Shown here: positions 19,798 through 29,258 of the stretch, piece by piece
How positions within the stretch are numbered: position 1 is the first letter of the stretch
Layout: each line of letters starts with the position of its first letter
DNA from: Candidatus Woesearchaeota archaeon
Lineage (GTDB): Archaea; Nanobdellota; Nanobdellia; Pacearchaeales; GW2011-AR1
Direction: 5' to 3'
Length of the DNA: 62,537 nt
Assembly: GCA_964527365.1 (NCBI GenBank)
Contig: CAZGQV010000001.1
Span: 8,828-71,364, forward strand
Notes under the pieces: generated by a model
Databases searched by the model: none
Seen by the model: only the letters and a program-made list of their open reading frames with translations
Told to the model about the DNA's origin: nothing
Program-made: the position numbers and the translations under genes

Positions 19798-20153
19798 ATA
19801 TGAATAAATTAAAGAAAAATAGAAAAGGAGATATTGGAATTACAATTTTGGTAATTGGAGTTTTTGCAGTTTGTAGTCTTGCACTTTTAACTTTTTATAT
19901 ATCTGATTATAAAATTAGTAACTCTTTTGTGGGATTAGATGTAATGCATAAATTAAATGCAGATGTAGATTTGTATAAATTTTATAAATCCGAGGGTATT
20001 TCTGAAGATAAACTTAATTCTTATTTTAATTTGACAACGAAAGGAAATGATAAATATTTTTATCGGGAAATTACTGGAAATAAGTTTAGTTTGTTAAATT
20101 TGAAGTCAGAAAAAATTCTTTTATTTTCTGTAGAGTATAAAATTCCTTCTTAA
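19794..20153 (+). CDS. Type IV pilin-like protein
   Basis: KNRKG/DIGITIL plus hydrophobic helix. Confidence 0.8.
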   Translation: MNMNKLKKNRKGDIGITILVIGVFAVCSLALLTFYISDYKISNSFVGLDVMHKLNADVDLYKFYKSEGISEDKLNSYFNLTTKGNDKYFYREITGNKFSLLNLKSEKILLFSVEYKIPS

Positions 20154-20205
20154 AGTAAGTTTTATAAACTGTTTTAACTATATTTGAGTGTAATTAGAGG
20201 CTAAA

Positions 20206-20643
20206 ATGAATTTTTCAAAAAACACTAAAGGTCAAGGAATGAGTACGAATACAATTGTACTTTTAATTTTAGGATTAGTTCTTTTAGTTGCATTGATTTT
20301 TGGTTTTGCAACAGGTTGGGATGCTTTTAAAAATATTGCTAATCCTACAAACGTTGATTCAATAGTTGATGATTGTCAAACTGCATGTTCATTAAATCAA
20401 CAATATAGTTTTTGTTCTTCTGAAAGAACTTTGAGAATTAATGAAGAAAATATTGAAATAAAAACGAGTTGCTATGTTTTATCTGGAATGGACAAATATA
20501 GTTCATATATAGATGGATGTCCTGCAATTAAATGTGATTTAAGTTGTGAACAAATTAAAATTAATGATAAATTTGGAACAAGTGTCTCTGGAATTTATGA
20601 TGTTAGTGGTTTGGTTGATGGGGCTTGTTGGGTTCAAGACTGA
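20206..20643 (+). CDS. Type IV pilin-like protein with Cys-rich domain
   Basis: KNTKG/QGMSTNTIVLL plus TM; CQTAC, FC, SC, CPAIKC. Confidence 0.82.
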   Translation: MNFSKNTKGQGMSTNTIVLLILGLVLLVALIFGFATGWDAFKNIANPTNVDSIVDDCQTACSLNQQYSFCSSERTLRINEENIEIKTSCYVLSGMDKYSSYIDGCPAIKCDLSCEQIKINDKFGTSVSGIYDVSGLVDGACWVQD

Positions 20644-20689
20644 TTAATTTTTTAGAAATAGTTTTAAAGTTTTTTTTCTTATAATTATT

Positions 20690-20866
20690 ATGTCAGATTA
20701 TGCTTGTGGAGAAAGTAGGAAAAAAAAGAAGGATAAATTAAAAGAAAAGAAGAGGAATCCCTATAAAACAGGGGGAAGATTTCGAGGATCTTTCATTAAT
20801 GATACAGATAATTCTTCAAAAAAAGTTATTAATTTGAAAAAAAGAAAAGCAAAGAAAAAGAAATAA
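20690..20866 (+). CDS. Small, highly basic hypothetical protein, 58 aa (not in ORF track)
   Basis: MSDYACGESRKKKKDKLKEKKRNPYKTGGRFRGSFINDTDNSSKKVINLKKRKAKKKK*; fills the gap between genes. Confidence 0.5.
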   Translation: MSDYACGESRKKKKDKLKEKKRNPYKTGGRFRGSFINDTDNSSKKVINLKKRKAKKKK

Positions 20867-20968
20867 ATTTCTTTTTCATGCGACATATTAATTTGCAATA
20901 CATCGGAACAAAAGTTTAAAAAAAGAATTGATTGTTAGTTTTATAAATTCTCTTTTCTATTTTATTTT

Positions 20969-21820
20969 ATGTTAAGTTTTGAGGTGATTTTTTTATTTGT
21001 TTTGGGATTAGTTTGGATTCTCTTTGCAGTGTTTGAAGATTTGAAAACAAGAGAGATTGCAAATTGGTTAAATTTCAGTTTGATAATTTTTGCTCTGGGA
21101 TTTAGATTTTTTTTCTCTTTATTTGAAGGGGGAGATTTTCAATTTTTTTATCAAGGGATTATTGGATTTGGAATATTTTTTGTATTGAGTAATTTGTTTT
21201 ATTATGGAAAGATGTTTGCAGGAGGAGATTCAAAACTTATGATGGCTCTTGGAGCAATTTTACCTTTTTCTACAAGTTTTCTATTTAATATGAAAATATT
21301 TCTTCTATTCTTATTCCTATTTTTAATTGTGGGGGCAATTTATGGAATTTTGATTAGTTTTTCTTTAGGAATAATTCATTTTTCAAATTTGAAAAGAGAA
21401 TTTAAAATACAGTTAAAGAAAAATAAAAATATCTTATACTTTCTGCTTTCACTTGCAATTATTTTCTTAATTATTGGGTTTTTTACAAAAATTTCTTTTT
21501 ATTTTGGATTGATTTTATTTTTTATTGCTTATTATTATATTTATGTTAAATCTATTGATGAATCTTGTATGGTGAGGAAAGTAAAATCTTCTAAATTGAC
21601 TTTGGGTGATTGGTTATACAAAGATGAACGTGTTGGAAAGAAAATTGTTAAAGCTACTTGGGATGGTCTTGGAGAAAAAGAAATTAAATTATTACAAAAC
21701 AAAAAATTTGTAATGTTAAAGTTTGGGATACAATTTGCTCCAGTGTTTTTGATTAGTTTTATTTTACTCTGGTTGATTTTAGAATTCAATTGGTTTGGTT
21801 TTTTAATTGGGCTGTTTTAA
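20969..21820 (+). CDS. Class III (prepilin) signal peptidase, A24 family
   Basis: FEDLKTREIANW and AGGDSKLMMALG aspartyl motifs; multi-TM. Confidence 0.92.
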   Translation: MLSFEVIFLFVLGLVWILFAVFEDLKTREIANWLNFSLIIFALGFRFFFSLFEGGDFQFFYQGIIGFGIFFVLSNLFYYGKMFAGGDSKLMMALGAILPFSTSFLFNMKIFLLFLFLFLIVGAIYGILISFSLGIIHFSNLKREFKIQLKKNKNILYFLLSLAIIFLIIGFFTKISFYFGLILFFIAYYYIYVKSIDESCMVRKVKSSKLTLGDWLYKDERVGKKIVKATWDGLGEKEIKLLQNKKFVMLKFGIQFAPVFLISFILLWLILEFNWFGFLIGLF

Positions 21821-22446
21821 GGAATTCTCCGAGGTAACCAAGTATTTTCTTCATTAATTTCTTCTTCAGGTTTTTTCCCTTCAGGATTAATTTCTTTTGT
21901 TGTTGTTTCAATTAATTCTCCTTGAATTTTTGCTAATCCTTCTGGAGTTTCTTTTTGTCTAGGAGAATCAATTTTTTCTTCGATGTAAACAGGAAAAACG
22001 TTTAATGCAAAATGTCCCATTATGTTTCCAGGAACTATTTCAATTTTTTTTGGTGTGAATGTTTTGTTTAGTTTTTCTTTTATTTCTTCAGCTAAAGAAT
22101 TTACTTCTTTTGGAAATTCTTCTACAGATTTAATATGATCTTTTGGGATTATTAAAGCATGTCCTTTTGAAATTGGATTTATTTCTAGAATAGCAATTGC
22201 TTTTTCATTTTCTCCTATTTTTGTTGTTGGAATGTCCCCAAAAACCATTGAACAAAAAATACATTGTTCTTGTTGTGCTTCTTTTCCTAACATTCCTTGC
22301 TCTTTTAGGAATGCAATAAATTCTTCATCATTCATAGAATTAATTTTCGTTGTGAATTCATTTGCTTGTGTTTTGTCATATGTTGTTTTGATATGCCCAA
22401 GCAATTTTACTTTAATGTTCTCTAAGTCTTCCTTGGTTTGTTCCAT
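21817..22446 (-). CDS. HIT-family protein with degenerate histidine triad and extra N-terminal helical domain
   Basis: CIFCSMVFGDIP, LEINPISKGHALIIPKDH; triad region reads MGHFALNVFP. Confidence 0.85.
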   Translation of the reverse strand: MEQTKEDLENIKVKLLGHIKTTYDKTQANEFTTKINSMNDEEFIAFLKEQGMLGKEAQQEQCIFCSMVFGDIPTTKIGENEKAIAILEINPISKGHALIIPKDHIKSVEEFPKEVNSLAEEIKEKLNKTFTPKKIEIVPGNIMGHFALNVFPVYIEEKIDSPRQKETPEGLAKIQGELIETTTKEINPEGKKPEEEINEENTWLPRRIP

Positions 22447-22503
22447 TTTTATTTTAAGAAAAAAGTATTAATAAATATTTAGATTTTAATTTTGAAAAAT
22501 TAT

Positions 22504-22776
22504 TTATGCAATTTTTCTCATGTCCATTAATTGAACAGAATTAACATTTTTAATTTCTGAAAATTTTTTTTCTACTTCTTCAACTTCTTTGTCATCTGGA
22601 TAGAAAAAGAATGGAAGTATTGCTTTTAGACCGAATGCAACTGGTTCTTCAGTGTATTCTTTGTTAGTTCCACCAAAATCTTCTACAATTTTTTTTGCAG
22701 CTTCTTTGATTTCTTCTAAATTCACTTCTGGTGAAGTAGGCATAATTTTGTATTTTGCCCCATTTATTCCTGTCAT
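22504..22776 (-). CDS. ef1b: Elongation factor 1-beta
   Basis: KIMPTSPEVNLEEI, EEPVAFGLKAI. Confidence 0.92.
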   Translation of the reverse strand: MTGINGAKYKIMPTSPEVNLEEIKEAAKKIVEDFGGTNKEYTEEPVAFGLKAILPFFFYPDDKEVEEVEKKFSEIKNVNSVQLMDMRKIA

Positions 22777-22946
22777 GTTAAGAAATATCTTTATTAGTTT
22801 ATAAAAGTTATTGTAACATAATTTTTAATTTGTTATTTCTCAAAAAAGTTGCAAAATACTTAAAAAGAAAGAGCAATTATTTCCCATATGGAAGAGAAAA
22901 AACAAGTTTATCTCATGCATTCAAAATTTATTTGGAGGTTATTTTG

Positions 22947-23867
22947 ATGGAAGGAAGTTATGATAAAATTATTGCAAAGTTGGCACAAGTTTCTGATGTT
23001 TCTATAGAAGAAATTGATCGTAGAGTTGAAGCGAAAAGAGCAAAATTATCTGGATTAATTAGTCGTGAAGGAGCATTACAGGTTATTGCTGCAGAATTAG
23101 GAATTTCTTTTGATAATGAAAAATTAAAAATAGATGAATTGCTCCCTGGGATGAGAAAGGTGAATTTTACGGGAAAAATTATTACTCTTTATCCAATTAG
23201 GGAATATACAACAAAGTCTGGTGATACAGGGAAAGTTGCTAATATGGTTGTTGCTGATGATACATCAAATATTAAAGTTGTATTGTGGGATATAAATCAC
23301 ATAGGTTTATTAGAAAAGGAAGAAATTAAGGAAGGAACAGTTATTGAAGTTATTTCTGGAAATATGAGAGATAATGAAGTTCATATGGGTAGTTTTTCAG
23401 AATTAAAAACAAGTTCTGAACTTTTTGAGGAATTGAAAACAGAAAAACCTGTTAAGGATAAATCAATTGAAGAATTTTCTCCAGGAGATCTTATCAAAAC
23501 AAGGGCATTTATTGTACAGGCTTTTGATCCTAGATTTTATGAAGCTAATTTGAGTACTGGAAAGAAGATTACTGAAGAAGAGTTGGCTAATGGTGTTCCC
23601 TCTGAAAAAAAAGCAATTTTGAATGTTGTAATTGATGATGGGACTGAAAATATAAGGGCAGTAATGTTTCATGAAAATGTTCAGAAACTTGGACTTACAG
23701 CTTATGATGATGTGGAAGAACTACTTAAACAAAAACAAAATATTTTAGGAAAAGAATTTATTTTCAATGGAAACATAAAAAGAAATTCTTATTTTAATAA
23801 TTATGAACTTGGAGTTAATTCAGTTGAAGAAATCAATTTAGATGAATTGATTGCTAAATTAGAATAG
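22947..23867 (+). CDS. rpa: Replication protein A-like OB-fold ssDNA-binding protein
   Basis: GLISREGALQVIAAELG N-domain, VANMVVADDTSNIKVVLWD, VIDDGTENIRAVMF; start reset to ATG 22947 after GGAGGT. Confidence 0.85.
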   Translation: MEGSYDKIIAKLAQVSDVSIEEIDRRVEAKRAKLSGLISREGALQVIAAELGISFDNEKLKIDELLPGMRKVNFTGKIITLYPIREYTTKSGDTGKVANMVVADDTSNIKVVLWDINHIGLLEKEEIKEGTVIEVISGNMRDNEVHMGSFSELKTSSELFEELKTEKPVKDKSIEEFSPGDLIKTRAFIVQAFDPRFYEANLSTGKKITEEELANGVPSEKKAILNVVIDDGTENIRAVMFHENVQKLGLTAYDDVEELLKQKQNILGKEFIFNGNIKRNSYFNNYELGVNSVEEINLDELIAKLE

Positions 23868-23916
23868 TGTGGTCTAGAATAACTTTCTTTATAATGAATT
23901 TTTTATTTAAATTTAT

Positions 23917-24282
23917 ATGCCTAAAGAAGATTTAGAATTTTTGGTGTGTTCCAGTTTTGAAGATAAAGATGTTTTTGATAATCCTTATTATCTTCTTGTA
24001 AAAAAATGTTTAGAAATTTATGGGGATGAGGTAACTTTTGATAAACATGGAACTGGAAATAATCATCCTTTGTATTGTTTTGGAAAGGAAAAAGATTTTA
24101 TTTCTTATGTAAAATATGAGGCGGCAGGATTAAAAGTGAATTCACAAATTTATAAAAATGAAAATTTATATAAATTGATGATAAGAGTTAATAGTAATTT
24201 TAGTCACCGTGAATTGAAGACTTTTGTTCATGATTTTAAAAAAATGTTTAATCAAAAGGCCAAAAAAAAGTTTGTTGATTAA
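23917..24282 (+). CDS. Hypothetical protein
   Basis: 121-aa ORF between rpa and radA on the same strand. Confidence 0.65.
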   Translation: MPKEDLEFLVCSSFEDKDVFDNPYYLLVKKCLEIYGDEVTFDKHGTGNNHPLYCFGKEKDFISYVKYEAAGLKVNSQIYKNENLYKLMIRVNSNFSHRELKTFVHDFKKMFNQKAKKKFVD

Positions 24283-24344
24283 TTTTTTTAATTTATATTT
24301 TCTAGAGATATAATCCTTATAAATGAAGTATTGTTTTTTCTTTT

Positions 24345-25382
24345 ATGCCAATCAAAAAAGATGTTGATAAAATTTCTGAAGAAATTATAAAAGAAAAATT
24401 GAATAACAAATCTATTAAAAAAGAAAAAATTGAAAAGGAACCAGAATTAACTGATTTACCTGGAATTGGTCCGGCTGTTTCTGCTAAACTTGAAAGTGCA
24501 GGAGTTTTTGATATGATGAGTTTGGCAGTGATGAGTCCTGCTACTTTAAGTGATGCTGCTGGGGTAAGCAGTGCTGTTGCACGAAAAGCCATTCAGGCAG
24601 CTAGAACTATGTTGGATTTGGGTTTTAGTGATGGAATGGAGTTTGCAAAGAAAAGAGCTAACGTTTCTTATATTACTACAGGAAGTAAAAATTTTGATGA
24701 ACTCTTGGGAGGAAAAGGTGTTGAGTCCAGAGCCATTACAGAAGCATTTGGTGCATTTGGTTCTGGAAAAACTCAATTGGGTTTGTCTTTAGCTGTTCAT
24801 GTGCAGTTACCGGCTGACCAAGGGGGTGCTGGAGGAAAAGCGGTGTATATAGATACTGAGGGAACTTTTAGGCCTAGCAGAATTAAACAAATTGCTGAAG
24901 GAATGGGGGCTAATCCTGAAATGGTTTTAAAAAATATTTTAGTTGCAAGAGCCTTTAATTCTGACCATCAAATGCTGTTGTTGGAAAAAGTTGCAGATTT
25001 AATAAAATCAGGAGAACCAATTAAAGTAGTAATAATTGATTCTTTGACTGCACATTTTAGGGCAGAATATGCTGGAAGAGGGCAACTTGCAGATAGACAA
25101 CAAAAATTGAATAGATATATGCATGATTTAATGAAATTGTCCGAAACCCATAATTTGGCAGTTTTTGTAACAAATCAAGTAATGGCAAATCCTGCGCAAA
25201 TGTTTGGTGATCCCACAACTGCTATTGGTGGAAATATTGTTGGACATGCTTCAACTTTTAGATTATATTTGAGGAGAGCAAAACAAGGAAGCCGTGTAGC
25301 TAAATTAATTGATAGTCCAAATTTACCTGATGGAGAAGCTGTTTATTATGTGACTACGCATGGAATTAAAGATAAGGCTTAG
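24345..25382 (+). CDS. radA: DNA repair and recombination protein RadA
   Basis: HhH N-domain, GAFGSGKTQ, YIDTEGTFRP, VIIDSLTAHF, GGNIVGHAST. Confidence 0.97.
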   Translation: MPIKKDVDKISEEIIKEKLNNKSIKKEKIEKEPELTDLPGIGPAVSAKLESAGVFDMMSLAVMSPATLSDAAGVSSAVARKAIQAARTMLDLGFSDGMEFAKKRANVSYITTGSKNFDELLGGKGVESRAITEAFGAFGSGKTQLGLSLAVHVQLPADQGGAGGKAVYIDTEGTFRPSRIKQIAEGMGANPEMVLKNILVARAFNSDHQMLLLEKVADLIKSGEPIKVVIIDSLTAHFRAEYAGRGQLADRQQKLNRYMHDLMKLSETHNLAVFVTNQVMANPAQMFGDPTTAIGGNIVGHASTFRLYLRRAKQGSRVAKLIDSPNLPDGEAVYYVTTHGIKDKA

Positions 25383-25454
25383 AGTTTTTATGAGTTTTAA
25401 ATTATCTTTAAGGAGTTTTTTTGAATTTAATGATATTTGTATGTTTGAGAAATA

Positions 25455-25946
25455 TTAAATAAATAATTCATTAACTGTTTTGTATTCCCAAAGTTCTGAA
25501 TCACTGAACCAAAGTTTTATTTCATGTTCTGCATCATTTTCATTTGCTGATGCATGAACTAAATTATAAACAGATTTGATGTGGCTTTTAGGATCATCAG
25601 CTCTTTGATAAGTCATATTGGAATAATCTCCCCTAATTGTTCCTGGTTCAGCTGAATAAGGTTCTGTTTTTCCAATCATTTTTCTTATTTGTTTGATAGC
25701 ATTTGGTCCTTCTAAAACAAAAGCAACCACAGGACCCATTCCTAAAAATTCTTTTAGTCCATTAAGTACTTTTTCTCCGTGTCTTTCTTTAACGTCGTGA
25801 TAATGTTTTTCTGCAAACTCTAACGAGGGTCTAACCATTTTCATTCCAATTATTTTCAATCCGACCTTTTCAAATCTAGAAATAATTTCTCCCGATACTT
25901 GTCTTTGAACAGCATCTGGTTTTAATATTACTAGTGACCTTTCCAT
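25455..25946 (-). CDS. ndk: Nucleoside diphosphate kinase
   Basis: ERSLVILKPDAVQR, PGTIRGDY, NLVHAS. Confidence 0.97.
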   Translation of the reverse strand: MERSLVILKPDAVQRQVSGEIISRFEKVGLKIIGMKMVRPSLEFAEKHYHDVKERHGEKVLNGLKEFLGMGPVVAFVLEGPNAIKQIRKMIGKTEPYSAEPGTIRGDYSNMTYQRADDPKSHIKSVYNLVHASANENDAEHEIKLWFSDSELWEYKTVNELFI

Positions 25947-25989
25947 GATTTGTTCAATTTCCTTGGGTTTAAAAATTTATTTGTCAAAA

Positions 25990-26139
25990 TTAGTTTTTTC
26001 TAACAATTTTAGGATCGCTTTTTGGAGCATCTTTTATTTTGATGTATTTGTAATGAGCATCTTTAGAATCAGTTTCACATTTTGGACAATTTTCATTTAA
26101 AGTGTATTCTTTGCATTCTGGACATTTTCTTAATTTCAT
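25990..26139 (-). CDS. nop10: Nop10-like zinc-ribbon protein, 49 aa (not in ORF track)
   Basis: Hand translation MKLRKCPECKEYTLNENCPKCETDSKDAHYKYIKIKDAPKSDPKIVRKN*; downstream of aIF2-alpha as in the usual archaeal operon. Confidence 0.8.
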   Translation of the reverse strand: MKLRKCPECKEYTLNENCPKCETDSKDAHYKYIKIKDAPKSDPKIVRKN

Positions 26140-26150
26140 TTGAGAAATAA

Positions 26151-26543
26151 TTACCCTAAATTTGTTATGTATTCGTGAAGTGTTGAAGGAAGTTTAACTT
26201 GTATTTTTTCTTCAACTTCTGAAGGTTTAACCCAAAGAAGTTCATCTACATTTTCTCCGGGTTTTTCTTCTCCGGATTTCACTTCACATAAAAAGTGTAA
26301 TTTCACTTTATTTTTATTTTGTAACATGTTTTCTGCATAAATTGCACCTAAATTGTGAACTTGATATCCTGTTTTTTCAGTTACTGTTCTTTTTAGACAA
26401 GCATCTAACTCTTCAATTTGTGTCAAGTTTCCTTCCAAAAAAGAATACTTTTGTTCTTCTTTATTTTTTCCAATCAAAACTTTTCTATTTTTTGTATCAA
26501 AAATAATCCCTACGATTTTTATGTAAAATTTATTTTCTTCCAT
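26151..26543 (-). CDS. NUDIX-fold protein with degenerate Nudix box
   Basis: VGIIFD...VLIGK, box reads GNLTQIEELDACLKRTVTEKTG, ELLWV. Confidence 0.8.
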   Translation of the reverse strand: MEENKFYIKIVGIIFDTKNRKVLIGKNKEEQKYSFLEGNLTQIEELDACLKRTVTEKTGYQVHNLGAIYAENMLQNKNKVKLHFLCEVKSGEEKPGENVDELLWVKPSEVEEKIQVKLPSTLHEYITNLG

Positions 26544-26596
26544 ATTCTTTTGTTATTTTTTCTCTTTTTAAGGATTTCTGTTCTTTTTTCAGTGAT

Positions 26597-27298
26597 TTAT
26601 TTTTGAGATAATTCTAATCTTTTGCTCTTTGCTTCTGTTTCAATTTCCAAAATTATTTGTTTCAACTCTGTATCAACGTCTTTTATGTTATCGCCTTGTT
26701 TTTTAAGAGAATATTTTCCAGCAGCAAGATATTTAATTTCAACGCCCTTTATTTTTTCTAAAATTTCTTTAATTAATTTGAGACCATTTGGTTCTTTTGT
26801 TGTTAATTTAATTTCTTTTTTGATAGTGATTTTTTTATTTTTTTGTAATTTGAGGATATCAATTATTTTTTGAGCATTTTCTTTTCCCACTAATTTTTCT
26901 AATTCTTTACTATTTTCTTTTGCTCTTTCTAAAAATATGTATAAACTTTCATTGATTTTTATTTTTTCTATTGTTTGTTGAGTTTTTTCTTTTAGAATTG
27001 TTTTTAGAACACTTTTGTAACTTCTTTCTATTTTGTATTGTCCCAGCACTTCTTTTTGTTCTTTTTGATTTACCCTCCTTAGAGATAGTTCAATGTGATC
27101 ATTTAAGATTCTTAATACTTTACAACAGATAGTTTTTTTTGGAACAACATAATCTCTCAAGTTTCGTATTCTTCCTGGAGCAATTTCGGAGAGGATTATA
27201 GTTCCTTGTTTATCAAAATCTTCTATTTTTACAAATACAGTTGTTCCAGATATTTTTTCTACAGTACATAATACTACGTCTCCTTGTTCTAATTCCAT
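26597..27298 (-). CDS. eif2a: Translation initiation factor 2 alpha subunit
   Basis: S1 domain GDVVLCTV, SEIAPGRIRNLRDYV, IELSLRRV, YLAAGKY. Confidence 0.9.
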   Translation of the reverse strand: MELEQGDVVLCTVEKISGTTVFVKIEDFDKQGTIILSEIAPGRIRNLRDYVVPKKTICCKVLRILNDHIELSLRRVNQKEQKEVLGQYKIERSYKSVLKTILKEKTQQTIEKIKINESLYIFLERAKENSKELEKLVGKENAQKIIDILKLQKNKKITIKKEIKLTTKEPNGLKLIKEILEKIKGVEIKYLAAGKYSLKKQGDNIKDVDTELKQIILEIETEAKSKRLELSQK

Positions 27299-27347
27299 AA
27301 AATATTGAGAAATACGAGGGTTTTAAATGTTGTGGGGTGATTAAAAA

Positions 27348-28688
27348 TTATATTTGGACAATTTCTAATTCAAATTGTTTTTTCAATTCTTCAATAAATT
27401 CTTCTTCTTTTTCTTGTGGAAAAGTACATCCTGCTGCAAATTCGTGTCCCCCAACTTCTCCCTCAAAAGAGTTCATTATTGTCGTTAAAAGTTCTCTAGA
27501 ATTTCTCCCAGTTCTTCTAACATTTCTTGCAGAAATTTTAATTTGATTACTTTCATTGTGACTCATTCCAATAAGAATAGTTCCTGGTTCATGCATTTGT
27601 GAATTTGCTAAAATACTTATAATCGTTCCAATCATACTGTCTTTGATTTTGTCTTTTGCATTAATTATTACGAATCCTTTACCTTCAATTTTTTCTATTT
27701 CTTGGGCTAATTTTAATCCAGCAATTAATTGTTGTTTATATTTAACATGGATTGATTCGGCTCTTTTTTTTCCTTCTATTTTTTCAAGACATAATTGTAT
27801 TGCAACGTCACTTCTTCCACCCTTTGAACAAGCATTAATTTTTGCTGAAATTTCTCTTGCATCTTCTAATTTTCCAAATAGCTTGATTAAAAATAAATCT
27901 CCAATTATTTCCTTATCTTTTTTTTCTGGGTTTCGAAGAATGATTGCTGTTACAAGTCTTTCCATTTCTTCTTCTGTTAAATCGATTAAACTTTTGTATT
28001 TTCCATTTTCTGGCGAAAGTCCAGCTTCTCTTAAGAGTTCTAATACTCCCCCAATGTTTCCAGTCACTCCCGGAATAAAAGGATTTGAAGAAAATTCCAA
28101 GGTTCTATTTAGGGGTCTTGTTGAAGGATAAATTAGCAATCCTCTTTTTCTTTTTATTTCTCCGTCCTCTAAGATGCTATTATTTAACTTATCAATGTCT
28201 TTTTCTAATTGATCTCCAATCATTCCCAAAATTGCTATTTTTGCCAAATCTTTATTTCTTTCTTCAATTTCTTTACAAAATAAGTATGTAAGTCCAGACC
28301 CTGATATTTTTTGTTTTTCCCATAATTGTGGATTGATGATTTCCACGTTCAAAGGAATTTCTTGATCTATTTCATGGTGGTCTATTATGTATGTTTTTTT
28401 TAATCCTACCTCTTTAATATGATTTAAGCTTCCAGAAGCTAAATCTAAAAATAATGTTATTTTGTTTTTATCCAATTCTTCAATTATCTCTTTTGTTAAA
28501 CTTTTTACAATTTTTAATGAGAATTTTTGATCTCTTCTTTTTAATGCTTGTAACATTATTGTGGCAGAAGTAATACCATCTGTATCAAAATGACTTATGA
28601 TTTGAATGTTTTCGTTTTGTATGTCTTTTAGAAAAGATTTTGCAATTGTTTTAATTTTCCATTCAAGTATGTTTTCTTGGTTTTCCAT
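27348..28688 (-). CDS. RecJ-like DHH/DHHA1 phosphoesterase
   Basis: HFDTDGITS, FLDLASG, IDHHE, GMIGDQ, ISAR, GGHEFAAG; directly downstream of rps15. Confidence 0.92.
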   Translation of the reverse strand: MENQENILEWKIKTIAKSFLKDIQNENIQIISHFDTDGITSATIMLQALKRRDQKFSLKIVKSLTKEIIEELDKNKITLFLDLASGSLNHIKEVGLKKTYIIDHHEIDQEIPLNVEIINPQLWEKQKISGSGLTYLFCKEIEERNKDLAKIAILGMIGDQLEKDIDKLNNSILEDGEIKRKRGLLIYPSTRPLNRTLEFSSNPFIPGVTGNIGGVLELLREAGLSPENGKYKSLIDLTEEEMERLVTAIILRNPEKKDKEIIGDLFLIKLFGKLEDAREISAKINACSKGGRSDVAIQLCLEKIEGKKRAESIHVKYKQQLIAGLKLAQEIEKIEGKGFVIINAKDKIKDSMIGTIISILANSQMHEPGTILIGMSHNESNQIKISARNVRRTGRNSRELLTTIMNSFEGEVGGHEFAAGCTFPQEKEEEFIEELKKQFELEIVQI

Positions 28689-28735
28689 TATAATTCCTCT
28701 TTCTTAAAAATTAAATTGGTTCAGAATTTATAGAA

Positions 28736-29083
28736 TTATTTCTTTTTTGGAATAAGTCCCATATATTTTTTCACCTTTCTTAATTGGGCAAATATCCTAT
28801 CTTTTTCTCTTTTTGCTCTCTTGTCTTGTTTATTGTCTATGTAATGTGTCTTTACTTTTTCTAATTTTTTTTCAATATTCTTTAAATCTGGACTAACAAA
28901 ATCTTTTCCCAATATTTTTGAAATTTTACTTGAAAATTCTTTTGGATGAATGTCTTCTCGTTTCAATTTTTCTCCTATTTTTTCTGCTGTTAACCCTTCT
29001 TTTGCTAAAGCTAATATTTTTTGCTCGTATTCCTTTTGAGTTAATTTTACTTTTTCCTTTTTGGGAGTTTCAGTTTTTGTCAT
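28736..29083 (-). CDS. rps15: 30S ribosomal protein S15 (short)
   Basis: LAKEGLTAEKIGEKLK, PDLKNI, HYIDNKQDKRAKR, LRKVKKY. Confidence 0.85.
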   Translation of the reverse strand: MTKTETPKKEKVKLTQKEYEQKILALAKEGLTAEKIGEKLKREDIHPKEFSSKISKILGKDFVSPDLKNIEKKLEKVKTHYIDNKQDKRAKREKDRIFAQLRKVKKYMGLIPKKK

Positions 29084-29258
29084 GATATTTAGTTGTAATT
29101 TTCATTTTTAAAACTTTGTGTTCTAAATTTTGAGTAATTTTGGAATTGTGTTTTTAGCTCCAAAAATATAAAAAATGATCAAAGATATTAGAATTTTTTT
29201 GCTGGTACCCAGTAATAACAATGAGAAATTATATAAATTGTTTTTTATTGTATATTGT

